Source of the DNA: a virus
Lineage: Duplodnaviria > Caudoviricetes
Length of the DNA stretch: 64,000 bases
Direction: 5' to 3' (one strand)
IMG/VR virus record: IMGVR_UViG_2851419669_000001
Location: 1,454 to 65,453 of that record
Part shown: in pieces, positions 1 through 8,762 of the stretch
Numbering within the stretch: position 1 is the first letter of the stretch
Layout: each line of letters opens with the position of its first letter
Position numbers and translations under genes: made by a program
Notes under the pieces: generated by a model
What the model was told of the DNA's origin: nothing
Databases searched by the model: none
What the model saw: only the letters and a program-made list of their open reading frames with translations

Positions 1-130
1 ATAATTAATTCATAGGACCCTTACTTGTGACACGATCCCAAAACCCTTTTTTATGAGCGCTTAACAGTGCTGTTGTGATCACAACAGCCAAAACGCAAAA
101 TTGGGGTTTTAATTTGATACCAATTAGCAA

Positions 131-180
131 AAGAGAAGCGTCATAATGCTGATATACCAGCATTATGACGCTTCTCTTTT
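131..180. terminator. Long perfect hairpin, host terminator originally downstream of tRNA-Glu
   Basis: AAGAGAAGCGTCATAATGCTG...CAGCATTATGACGCTTCTCTT inverted repeat with A/T tracts, just outside the left att. Confidence 0.75.
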
Positions 181-191
181 TATCTACCGAC

Positions 192-212
192 GTCGACTTA
201 TCACCCGCACGG
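192..212. repeat. Prophage att core, left copy (GTCGACTTATCACCCGCACGG)
   Basis: Identical to 42077..42097. Confidence 0.93.
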
Positions 213-382
213 TAGTTATACCATTAAGGGTAGCACGCTATAAATGCCATTTATAAGCCATTTCTGAAAAAGAGAGATTTTTAATTTACAAATCGTGGAA
301 GAGCACAAATTAATTTAATATTGGCCCTTTTTTGATGTTTTGCTTTTTCCACTATTATATACCAACTTATTATCTTAAACAT

Positions 383-424
383 AAAAAAGTCCCACACCAG
401 CCAATTAAGGTTAGTGTGGGATTT
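383..424 (-). terminator. Intrinsic terminator after abi gene
   Basis: TCCCACAC...GTGTGGGA hairpin followed by a T-tract on the minus strand. Confidence 0.65.
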
Positions 425-491
425 GTTGTCATTTTTTCCAAAGTTGTTAATCACAGCAATGCAATTAAAGTGTGGCTAGTATCGACTTTAC

Positions 492-1502
492 CTAGTCAGA
501 TTTAACTTGGATCTTTTCTCTCCACTGTATTTCTGGAAATCCCATTAAATCTAACACTTTTCCTATCCCAATTGACTTTAACTTATAATTGCTTTTTTCT
601 ATAAGACTATTGATACTATACGTCATTGCTTTAAACTGCTTACGTGTCAAAACCAAAGCAAGTAACGATATGAGTGCAAATAAATCTACTGGCTTTTCTA
701 AGTCATCGAACATTGGGTTATTCATATAGTACTTGCTGAACAACGACTTCGGAATCTTTGTCCTTAAGCTGTAATTGTAAAAACGTTCATCATGTGCACA
801 AACATTTCTAAACAGATTTGCAACAATAATTAAGGATTTCAATTCTCCTGTATCAATCTTTTCACTGGATTTCCAATGCAATTTATAATATTCACTGAAG
901 TCTCTCGCAACTTTCTCCTTTAGGTTTTGATCCAATGAGTCATAAAGATATTGTATTTCACCAAAAGTCAACGTATTAACTAGCACCCACAACGGTACAT
1001 GGGTATGTTGCTGAACATAATGAATAATACTAGGCTTACCATACCTTTCATTTCTTCCCCTGTTGAGTTTTAGTGAAAGGTTTTTTAAGTTTTTTAGAAC
1101 GTTGGACAGATCACCAATATCGTTGGAATAATTCACAATATTTAAATAACTGTACGGGTCTGGAAATTTTTGTGCAAACTCATAACTTATAATCGACTTT
1201 AAGCGGGATTCAAATATCAACAAATAATTTAATACTATATTTCTCAAATCTCTGTCAAATCCATATAGTGTATACACATCTGAAAAAGTAGTTTTATGGA
1301 TAAACATCTCAGGCTTAAGAGCCTCACCTGCACCATCTTTTCTTAAAAATGGATCTTTATAGCCATTAATTACACTGTAATAATTATTATTAAGTAAAAC
1401 CTGTCTTGCATAATCTGTGTTATCAATTTTCATACCACGATTCTTCAACATCTTTAATTGAGCATCTAAACTGGTAAAAGGTTTATCTGTACTGTATGTC
1501 AT
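492..1502 (-). CDS. Abi family (Abi_2/AbiD/AbiF-like) HEPN ribonuclease
   Basis: KPF..L..QL..L..RG N-terminus, NYY...NGYK, PLWV...LTFG and RNVCAH (RxxxxH) motifs; start refined to ATG 1502 behind AGGAG. Confidence 0.85.
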   Translation of the reverse strand: MTYSTDKPFTSLDAQLKMLKNRGMKIDNTDYARQVLLNNNYYSVINGYKDPFLRKDGAGEALKPEMFIHKTTFSDVYTLYGFDRDLRNIVLNYLLIFESRLKSIISYEFAQKFPDPYSYLNIVNYSNDIGDLSNVLKNLKNLSLKLNRGRNERYGKPSIIHYVQQHTHVPLWVLVNTLTFGEIQYLYDSLDQNLKEKVARDFSEYYKLHWKSSEKIDTGELKSLIIVANLFRNVCAHDERFYNYSLRTKIPKSLFSKYYMNNPMFDDLEKPVDLFALISLLALVLTRKQFKAMTYSINSLIEKSNYKLKSIGIGKVLDLMGFPEIQWREKIQVKSD

Positions 1503-1515
1503 ATGGTCTACTCCT

Positions 1516-1558
1516 AAAAAAAAATCCACCCCGCGGACGGAATGGACAAGGTCTTATG
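1516..1558 (-). ncRNA. Putative abi leader/antitoxin RNA
   Basis: Between TTGACA-17-TATCAT promoter and RBS; 9-bp GC hairpin (1525..1546) followed by U9. Confidence 0.55.
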
Positions 1559-1564
1559 TGTGTA

Positions 1565-1593
1565 ATGATATAGATTGACGACATTTTTGTCAA
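1565..1593 (-). promoter_or_regulatory. Sigma-A promoter of abi unit
   Basis: TTGACA (1593..1588), 17 nt, TATCAT (1570..1565). Confidence 0.75.
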
Positions 1594-2336
1594 GAATTTG
1601 ATTATCACTTAAATGTAGAAAGACGAATATTTTCCTATATTTAGTAATTGAATGATCAAATGGTTTGCAAAATCGCCATATGTTGTGTTTATTTTTTTAT
1701 GTATTAAAGTTGCACGATTTCTCATGTATTCCTATGATAATACGGAACCTAGTAATAATCTGGTTTCCTCTTTCGCTGAGATACTTTCTCTTATGTATTA
1801 GCCATCTACCTTTACAGCAGGCGGCTTTTTACGCAAAAAATTCCCCACGCCGAAGCGCAGGGGAATTAATCAAGTTATAACTATCATCTAGAAACTACAC
1901 TAGAGACAATTAGTATTATACTTATTACTTGCTATTCTGTAAAGTATTGTAGTTATCTAATTAGCTATATTGACAGCTAATAATGCTAAATCTAAACTCT
2001 CACTAACAAAATATACAGGCAAGCAACACAAAAAAATCTTCCACTCATCAAGCAGAAGATTATCCTCATCACTTCCGGCACCACTAACCGACAATCTTGG
2101 GGGGATTTGAAAGCTGTGATACTAATAACAGGACAAGGGACATAATAACACTTGTCGGTTTATATCACAATACCGAAAGTAATCTATAGAAAAATATTAA
2201 TAAGTCCTTGTTATATTAATCAGGTTTAATGTATAATAACTGTGTTCTTTATTATCTTAGGAGAAACAGAACACCCATTTTATTTATTTAAACATTGGGC
2301 CAGTCTTGACTGGCTCTTTTTTATATATTTTGTTAA

Positions 2337-2369
2337 CAAAAAATCCCCCACGCCGAAGCATGGGGGACT
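2337..2369 (-). terminator. Terminator of lysis/late operon
   Basis: TCCCCCA..CCGAAGCA..TGGGGGA hairpin plus T-tract right after holin; related copy at 1835..1867. Confidence 0.7.
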
Positions 2370-2386
2370 AGAACAGTTCACGATTA

Positions 2387-2770
2387 TTATACTACTTTTT
2401 CTCCTGATTGTGAGGCGGATTCTGACGTCGTTTCAGTGTCAGATGATGCAGAACTATTCACTGCAGCGACTGTGGACGTTGGTGTTTGCGCTTCGTCAGC
2501 AACTTTATTAGCCGTCGCTTCAACTTGGCTTTCCTCGTCACTTTTAACTGTTGGTACTGTCACTGTTTGAACGTCAGTAATAACGCCCAGCATACCGAGG
2601 ATCGTTAATACGGTATTCAATACTGCGATAATTGCTGACCAGTCACCAGTAAACTTAATGCCAAACATGGCAAAGATTTGTTGAACCAAAACGATCAGTA
2701 ACGAAATAATTCCAGCGATCAATTTACCATTCAAGCTTCCATCGACATTCTTAAAACTAATTTTTTTCAT
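2387..2770 (-). CDS. Phage holin
   Basis: Two hydrophobic helices plus low-complexity C-tail, in lysis cassette. Confidence 0.75.
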   Translation of the reverse strand: MKKISFKNVDGSLNGKLIAGIISLLIVLVQQIFAMFGIKFTGDWSAIIAVLNTVLTILGMLGVITDVQTVTVPTVKSDEESQVEATANKVADEAQTPTSTVAAVNSSASSDTETTSESASQSGEKVV

Positions 2771-2779
2771 AGTATCCTC

Positions 2780-3046
2780 CTATAAAAACTTCTCAGCAAC
2801 ATATACCAGCAACGTGACAAGCACGCCACTAACCAGGACACCGATAACCCAATTCTGTATTTGAGTAACCCGTCCTATCTCATGTTCGACCTCAATTGAT
2901 TTGGCCAGTGCCTTGTCCGCTTTATCGCCAATATCGTCAACTTGATTCAGCTTTTCTTCGATGTTCTCAACTTTCGTTTTGGTGGCGGCCACGTCCTTTT
3001 GAATATCCATTAATAACTTAGTTGTATCGTCGTATTGTGCCATCAT
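2780..3046 (-). CDS. XhlA-like lysis protein (coiled coil plus C-terminal TM)
   Basis: Architecture and position between lysin and holin. Confidence 0.7.
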   Translation of the reverse strand: MMAQYDDTTKLLMDIQKDVAATKTKVENIEEKLNQVDDIGDKADKALAKSIEVEHEIGRVTQIQNWVIGVLVSGVLVTLLVYVAEKFL

Positions 3047-4197
3047 CTCACCACCAATTGCTGGCCGGGATAGATAGTGGTGTAAATTGACTTTCCATTC
3101 TGGCTAGCTAATGTAGTCATGCTCAGACCGTTGCGTTGTGCGATTGTCCACCAGCTGTCGCCAGACTTAACTGTGTAATACGTATGAGTTGCACCGCTCT
3201 TTACATATTCCAGCGTATTGCTTGCCGGGCCGGTTGCTAGATAGCCATAACCATTAAAACGTGGTTGGCGTACCCAGCGATACCCACCCTGAATAATGGC
3301 TCGGTCAGTTTTGACTGTTGTTCCAGCTGGCAAAATAGTGAGCGCGTTTGATGACGTTGATGCGCCTGTGTGCAGCTTGACCGCCGTCTTGAGCGTGTAA
3401 GTCTTCGATTCTTTGACCCACTTGGCCGAGGTGGCTGGCTTGTAAATGTTTTTATTGGCTTTTCGGTTGTTGGCCTTAACTGCACCTTTATTAGTTGGCT
3501 TGACCGTTGATTTCTGACCAGCAGTGTAATAGTTACTGTTTAATTGGCTAACATCGAAGCCGCCATAGCTAATACGGAACTTAGCCGTTGATGACCACTG
3601 CCATGCGTGGTTAGTTGAATACCAGTTCTTACCGCTAACCACATACGGATAAGCGGCAATCCAGCCAGTTTTATTCTTAATAGTCATCTTGTTGTTAGCC
3701 CATGATCCTGACGTATAAATGTCGGCCCGATAACCAAATTTCTGAATCTCTTTCATGAACGCGGAATTATTACGGTCGTTTGTCGCTTGGGACTGGTTAT
3801 TGGCTTCCTGTGATTCTACGTCAGTCGCTAGTACCGCTCCAACTGGTAGTCCTGCTGCCTTAGCCGTTTTACCGGCAAAGTCAGCTTCGGCAATTGCTTG
3901 TGCCTTGGTGGCATAGCGTGCAAAGTGGTAACCATTGATATACATTCCCGCTGCTTGGACATTTGCAATGTTGCTGGCAGCATCCGGATCCTTGTAAGTA
4001 CCGCCTTCACTAATTTTTACCGTAACAGCTTTGACGCCAAACTCATTACGCATTGACGTGTATTCGGCTGTAGACATATAGCCATTATTATTCGACACAT
4101 CGACCATATCCATGCGGGCAGCGTTAGCATTTAGCCCTAAAAAAAGAGTTGCCATGGTGGCAGCTCCAGTCAGTAATAGTTTATTTTTGAGTTTCAA
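3043..4197 (-). CDS. Endolysin, GH25 muramidase with signal peptide, SH3b-like and LysM domains
   Basis: Signal peptide ending ANA; DVSNNNG and DVE GH25 motifs; C-terminal YTVKSGDS..IA LysM. Confidence 0.92.
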   Translation of the reverse strand: MKLKNKLLLTGAATMATLFLGLNANAARMDMVDVSNNNGYMSTAEYTSMRNEFGVKAVTVKISEGGTYKDPDAASNIANVQAAGMYINGYHFARYATKAQAIAEADFAGKTAKAAGLPVGAVLATDVESQEANNQSQATNDRNNSAFMKEIQKFGYRADIYTSGSWANNKMTIKNKTGWIAAYPYVVSGKNWYSTNHAWQWSSTAKFRISYGGFDVSQLNSNYYTAGQKSTVKPTNKGAVKANNRKANKNIYKPATSAKWVKESKTYTLKTAVKLHTGASTSSNALTILPAGTTVKTDRAIIQGGYRWVRQPRFNGYGYLATGPASNTLEYVKSGATHTYYTVKSGDSWWTIAQRNGLSMTTLASQNGKSIYTTIYPGQQLVVR

Positions 4198-4208
4198 TTG
4201 TCTACCTC

Positions 4209-4451
4209 CTATTGCACGCTGCTATTATCTACGGTAGCTGATGCCTGCGCAGCTTTATCTGCAGTAGCTTCTGCTTGTGCAGCTTTGTAGGCTGTAATTG
4301 CATCGGATACTTGAGCAACCTGAGTTTGGGTAATCAGTGATTTTACTAGATAATTACCAGCATATACAGTTGCTAAATCCGATGGAATCAATCCATTGTT
4401 AACACTGTCAATTAACCCTTCTGTTAGAAATTTGCTTAAATCAAAACTCAT
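4209..4451 (-). CDS. Small tail-module protein, paralogue of 5638..5919
   Basis: First ~59 aa nearly identical to 5638..5919. Confidence 0.75.
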   Translation of the reverse strand: MSFDLSKFLTEGLIDSVNNGLIPSDLATVYAGNYLVKSLITQTQVAQVSDAITAYKAAQAEATADKAAQASATVDNSSVQ

Positions 4452-5449
4452 GATAAATGGCCTCCTAATGATAAAATAGCTGCTTGTAATTTTGCGTAAT
4501 CTGATTGTGTCAAAATTTCTGATGGATTAGGGCACCAGTCAGTTGCGTGAGAACCGAGTTCTAGTTTCATATTGGAAAATGTAATATTGGTTGTCAAAGG
4601 CACATTGTCAAGGCGGAGATGCACGCCTAGTGGCGAAAACAAATCCAACTTGATGGTTGCCACATAATGTTTCTTTTTGGTGTCAACGGTATCATTAATG
4701 TAGCTCATCCAAGATCCACCATCCGTACCATTACTTAGGATAGTGAATTTCGCAGTAGCCGTAGAGACAGCATCAAAGCTTAGAGTCACTGTGGTTCCTG
4801 CTTCTAGTCTTTTGCTTAGTCCATACAGTTGTTGGCCTTGGTTAGATTTATTAATACCTGCAATACTGAATGAGTCATGGGTTTTCAATAGCAAGTTGGT
4901 ACCCACAGCACTGTCATTAACCTGCGTTTGGAGCTCAACAAAAGCTGGTGCTTTGGTTAAACCATCATTATCAACAGTACCCGTATCACCCTTTTCACCT
5001 TTGTCACCCTTAGCGATTGTACTTGCAGCCTTTTTCATTGCTTCCTTAAATTCATCAAAAGCAATGGTTGTAATTACTTCCCCAGTGGTGCTTTCGATGT
5101 TATTGGTAATAGTAAAACCGGTTGATCCATCACTAGGATAGATTGACGTCCCGGTACTATCAACCACCCACACTTCAATAGCACAGTTACCAGCTGGTAA
5201 ACTCTTCATTAAATCAGCGTCAAAGGTAACGGTAATTTTACCAGTCGTTGGTTCTATTAACTTAGTTGGGGCAATTTGAGTCGATTTAAGATAGCCACTA
5301 GCATTTCCTAATTTAACGGTAATTGAAGTGGCATGAGTTAAATCCACTGCCGTATTATCATTGCCACAAACTAACGTAAAACTAGTGGTGGTATCACCAA
5401 TTTTGACTGTCTGTGATGAAGTATCAGTAAAATTAAGCGTTTTTTCCAT
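4448..5449 (-). CDS. Putative tail fibre/adsorption protein (BppU-like N-term, short collagen repeat, CBM-like domain)
   Basis: KGDKGEKGDTG repeat; GTNLL...KLELGSHATDWCPNPSE motif typical of LAB phage fibres. Confidence 0.7.
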   Translation of the reverse strand: MEKTLNFTDTSSQTVKIGDTTTSFTLVCGNDNTAVDLTHATSITVKLGNASGYLKSTQIAPTKLIEPTTGKITVTFDADLMKSLPAGNCAIEVWVVDSTGTSIYPSDGSTGFTITNNIESTTGEVITTIAFDEFKEAMKKAASTIAKGDKGEKGDTGTVDNDGLTKAPAFVELQTQVNDSAVGTNLLLKTHDSFSIAGINKSNQGQQLYGLSKRLEAGTTVTLSFDAVSTATAKFTILSNGTDGGSWMSYINDTVDTKKKHYVATIKLDLFSPLGVHLRLDNVPLTTNITFSNMKLELGSHATDWCPNPSEILTQSDYAKLQAAILSLGGHLS

Positions 5450-5496
5450 TTTTAAATTTCTCCTTTTATTCCAGCTTGTTATTAAGCTGGTATTAA

Positions 5497-5625
5497 TTAC
5501 GCAGCAACGGAACTAACTAATTGATTATACTGATCAGCTGTAATCATTGCCGCTGATTTAAATGTTGCTAAATCATCTTTAGTGTATAATCCAATTTCAA
5601 AATAATACTTGATAAATTCAAACAT
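5497..5625 (-). CDS. XkdX-family small protein (42 aa, not in ORF track)
   Basis: MFEFIKYYFEIGLYTKDDLATFKSAAMITADQYNQLV with GGGGG RBS. Confidence 0.75.
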   Translation of the reverse strand: MFEFIKYYFEIGLYTKDDLATFKSAAMITADQYNQLVSSVAA

Positions 5626-5637
5626 AATTTGTTCCCC

Positions 5638-5919
5638 CTATTTGGTTTCTGCTGCTGTTGATGTTGGTGCTTCTGATGGTGTTGGCGTTGCTATTGATGT
5701 TGGTGTTGCTGTTGATGTTGGTGCTGGTGCTTCTGATGCTACCTGTGCAGCTTTGTAGGCTGTAATTGCATCGGATACCTGAGTAACCTGAGTTTGGGTA
5801 ATCAATGATTTTACTAGATAATTGCCAGCATATACAGTTGCTAAGTCCGATGGAATCAATCCATTGTTAATACTATTAATTAACCCTTCTGTTAAAAATT
5901 CGCTTAAATCAAAACTCAT
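5638..5919 (-). CDS. Small tail-module protein with Pro/Thr-rich tail
   Basis: GGAGG RBS; paralogue of 4209..4451. Confidence 0.75.
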   Translation of the reverse strand: MSFDLSEFLTEGLINSINNGLIPSDLATVYAGNYLVKSLITQTQVTQVSDAITAYKAAQVASEAPAPTSTATPTSIATPTPSEAPTSTAAETK

Positions 5920-5932
5920 AATAAAGAACCTC

Positions 5933-6394
5933 CTAGTGTACGTTGTTATTATCTACGGCAGACGTTACTGGTGCTTCTGATGTTACTGGTGCTTCTGATG
6001 CTGCTGGTGCTTCTGATGTTACTGGTGTTACCTCAGTCACTGGTGCTGCTGGTGTTACTGTTTCCTTTGTATCCGCTAATTGTAATAGCACTTGTGCATT
6101 AAACTCAGCTTGCTTTTTCTGCATCGTTGCCATTTGCAATGCTAATTGTGCTTGGAACCGTTGTTCATCGCTTGGTTGATTTTCGACCACTGGTTGAACC
6201 GAGGGCGCGTAGTTTGGATCTTTGGTTAAGACATTATCTATCAGCTTGAAGGCTTGCGGTTGCGTGCTTGTCAAGAACTCATCCGGGATTTCACCCTCAT
6301 AAGTCGTCGCCCCTGTTAGCCCACCGACGGTAGCATAACTTGTCACGTGTCCAGTCGCATCCAGCATTAATTGTAAGCTAATTCGATTATCCAT
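5933..6394 (-). CDS. DUF2977-like tail-associated protein with SEAP(V/A) repeats
   Basis: G.VTSYATVGG motif; 18-bp tandem repeats near 5964..6060. Confidence 0.65.
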   Translation of the reverse strand: MDNRISLQLMLDATGHVTSYATVGGLTGATTYEGEIPDEFLTSTQPQAFKLIDNVLTKDPNYAPSVQPVVENQPSDEQRFQAQLALQMATMQKKQAEFNAQVLLQLADTKETVTPAAPVTEVTPVTSEAPAASEAPVTSEAPVTSAVDNNNVH

Positions 6395-7131
6395 TATTTT
6401 AATCCCTCGACTTTCGTTAAGACGACGTCACTAAGATTATCGGCTTTGCTACTACCATTGTTAATTAATGCCTTGGATAACTTCATCGCATTTTGATCAT
6501 CCATTCGATCTAAAGTTAGCTCCGCGGCCCGAATGGCTCCACCATCACCGCTAAGTCCAACCTGTGTCAACCAAAATGTGGATTTATTAGTTGATCGTTC
6601 GACATAATCATTTCCTAGTGGGGTCGTCAACTTAAAGCGCAAACGATCAAAATTATTGACATCAGCAGCTAATTTCAAGGTATCACCAACTTTAGCGCCA
6701 CCGCTCCATAAATCCATCGCAGTATTAGTTTCAGCTTTGCGCCACTCACCTTGGAACTTTTCCATCGTGGTCAAACCGCCAATAAATAGCAAAATACCGT
6801 TATTAATATCTTTAAAACTGGCTACAATATAGCCATTGAGATAGCTAATATCCATTAAAGGCCGATTAGTCGTCTTTGAATAATAATAATACAGGCCGCT
6901 TTGATTAATCTCATAAATATTATCATTGGGTACTGAATTGATTTTTCCAAAATTAATGTTTGATAGTGGCACTCCCTTAATAGAAATACCATCCACAAAG
7001 TTTTTAATGCCGGCAATGTTATTTTGTGTACTGGTGGTGTTCACTAATTTGTCAGCATCCACAATAGCATTCGTTTCAGTCATTGGATGAATCACAGTTC
7101 CAGTAGCATCTTGTAATTCTTTAATAGACAT
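6394..7131 (-). CDS. Putative receptor-binding/baseplate protein
   Basis: Follows BppU; HP.T...A N-terminus, SGLYYY knob-like segment, LWSG..VGDT C-domain. Confidence 0.6.
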   Translation of the reverse strand: MSIKELQDATGTVIHPMTETNAIVDADKLVNTTSTQNNIAGIKNFVDGISIKGVPLSNINFGKINSVPNDNIYEINQSGLYYYYSKTTNRPLMDISYLNGYIVASFKDINNGILLFIGGLTTMEKFQGEWRKAETNTAMDLWSGGAKVGDTLKLAADVNNFDRLRFKLTTPLGNDYVERSTNKSTFWLTQVGLSGDGGAIRAAELTLDRMDDQNAMKLSKALINNGSSKADNLSDVVLTKVEGLK

Positions 7132-7136
7132 CTTTA

Positions 7137-7751
7137 CTAGCCCTCCTTAATAAAAACCGCATTTTTTAGCTTAGTGCTAAGTTCGGTCTTTGACACGACA
7201 TCACTAGTTGCCAGCTGGATCTTGATGTTATCTAACCGGTCACTAATATTTTGTAGTTGAGTTTTGCTTAAATCGGCTTGTTGGCCTAAATCGGTTAAAA
7301 AGGTTTGTTGTTTGTCTTTTAACTCCGAAATTAATTGTTCATACTCGCTCAAATAGCTTTCAGAATTAATGCCAAACTCAACTAAGTTAGGTGAGACATC
7401 TAGTGCAACATCAATTGTCGTATCTACCTTATCGCCTAGCATTACTTTAAAGAAAGCTTGCTGGAATTGTCCCCGTGCTGTGAAAGTTTGCGGTGGAAAA
7501 ACGTATCTAAAGATACCCCCTTGCGGGTCTAACACAATGCCACCACTAGTATCAATGACCCGTGTACCATCAGCTTTGATCCCTTCAAAATTGACATTTT
7601 TACCAGTTAAATCATAGGGGGAATTATTTGAGTTCAATTGCACCGTGACGGCTTTCAAGCCACCATCGCCGACACGAGCATAAATGGCTTGTTGCGCTGA
7701 TTGTAAATTTGGTTGTTTTGTAATATCGTATACCAATTCTTGATTAGCCAT
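7137..7751 (-). CDS. BppU-family upper baseplate protein
   Basis: ARVGDGGL..V.V, PYDLTG, FEG.KADG motifs. Confidence 0.8.
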   Translation of the reverse strand: MANQELVYDITKQPNLQSAQQAIYARVGDGGLKAVTVQLNSNNSPYDLTGKNVNFEGIKADGTRVIDTSGGIVLDPQGGIFRYVFPPQTFTARGQFQQAFFKVMLGDKVDTTIDVALDVSPNLVEFGINSESYLSEYEQLISELKDKQQTFLTDLGQQADLSKTQLQNISDRLDNIKIQLATSDVVSKTELSTKLKNAVFIKEG

Positions 7752-7765
7752 TGTTATCTCCTTTC

Positions 7766-8758
7766 TTAATCATCGTAATAATACGAATAGTCTTTAGCAA
7801 TTTCCTGCACGATATATTGATGAGCCTCTGGGGTAGGATGTAAGCCATCGTGCATCATCGTTTTCTTAAAAGCAGGATTATCAGGCTCAAAAATACTCGT
7901 GGGTTTCATTAGGTCAACGTAAGGAACATCTTGTTGATTAAGATATTTCTTTTGAGCTTCCATATAGTCGATCAGCGTTAATCCTAAGGCATTTTTCGAC
8001 TGCTCTGTCCGGTAATTGCTTTTCACGTCGACGCACTGACGGGTACAATTGACCACAATTAACTTAGCATTCGGATTATTATTTCTAACCCGTTTAATCG
8101 TTTCCTGCAAACCACCTAGATACGTTTTGATGTCCGTGTCACCCGCATAACCTAAACTAATATCATGCACCCAATCATCATCGGTGCCCTGAATAATCAC
8201 CACATCACATTGCTTTAATCGGCTGGCTTGATTAACAATTGCGTTATTATCATAATCACTCATTTTAGCGCCACCAACACTAAGGTTTTCCACATAGATA
8301 TTATATTGATGAGCTAAAATATCCGGGAAGCCCCCAGCAGTTGCCGCTACGCTGTCGCCAATGACCCCAATCTTGTTGGCTTTAGTCAATGATGATTGCT
8401 TTACAAAGTCATACAAAACTTGCCCGCGTGCAGTCTCATATAGGTTAGATAACGGATTACTAGCCTCACTATTTGGTTCTTGAATGGACGGTGCAACCAC
8501 ACTAGTTGTGTCGCCTAAAACGATGGCACGGATCTCACGCGTGTACTTTTCATCTAACTGGTTGACCTGATTTTTCGTGTCTTGATTGAACTTTTTAGCG
8601 GTACTTTGTACGCCGGCAATCGCTTCAGCAGTTTGTGCCATGGCCTCGCGGACATCAATTCCATACTGCTTTTCGCGAATCGCCTTCGGGAGTTTCTCCA
8701 AATCTAGTTTTTCCGTAATGTGAGAACGATCACGATAATATTTATCTTGGTTGTTCAA
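7766..8758 (-). CDS. Tail-associated SGNH/GDSL hydrolase
   Basis: GDSV, GTDD and DGLHP blocks. Confidence 0.85.
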   Translation of the reverse strand: MNNQDKYYRDRSHITEKLDLEKLPKAIREKQYGIDVREAMAQTAEAIAGVQSTAKKFNQDTKNQVNQLDEKYTREIRAIVLGDTTSVVAPSIQEPNSEASNPLSNLYETARGQVLYDFVKQSSLTKANKIGVIGDSVAATAGGFPDILAHQYNIYVENLSVGGAKMSDYDNNAIVNQASRLKQCDVVIIQGTDDDWVHDISLGYAGDTDIKTYLGGLQETIKRVRNNNPNAKLIVVNCTRQCVDVKSNYRTEQSKNALGLTLIDYMEAQKKYLNQQDVPYVDLMKPTSIFEPDNPAFKKTMMHDGLHPTPEAHQYIVQEIAKDYSYYYDD

Positions 8759-8762
8759 AATC

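Noticed and set aside
204-214. CCCGCACGGTA shared between the prophage left att and the satellite 17-bp repeat
   Set aside because: Only 11 bp and runs past the att core; likely chance
1665-2511. ORFs 1665..1880 and 2242..2511
   Set aside because: Run through terminators, lack an RBS and have non-protein-like composition
4276-5919. DGR template/variable repeat pair
   Set aside because: No reverse transcriptase in the window, and mismatches are not restricted to adenines
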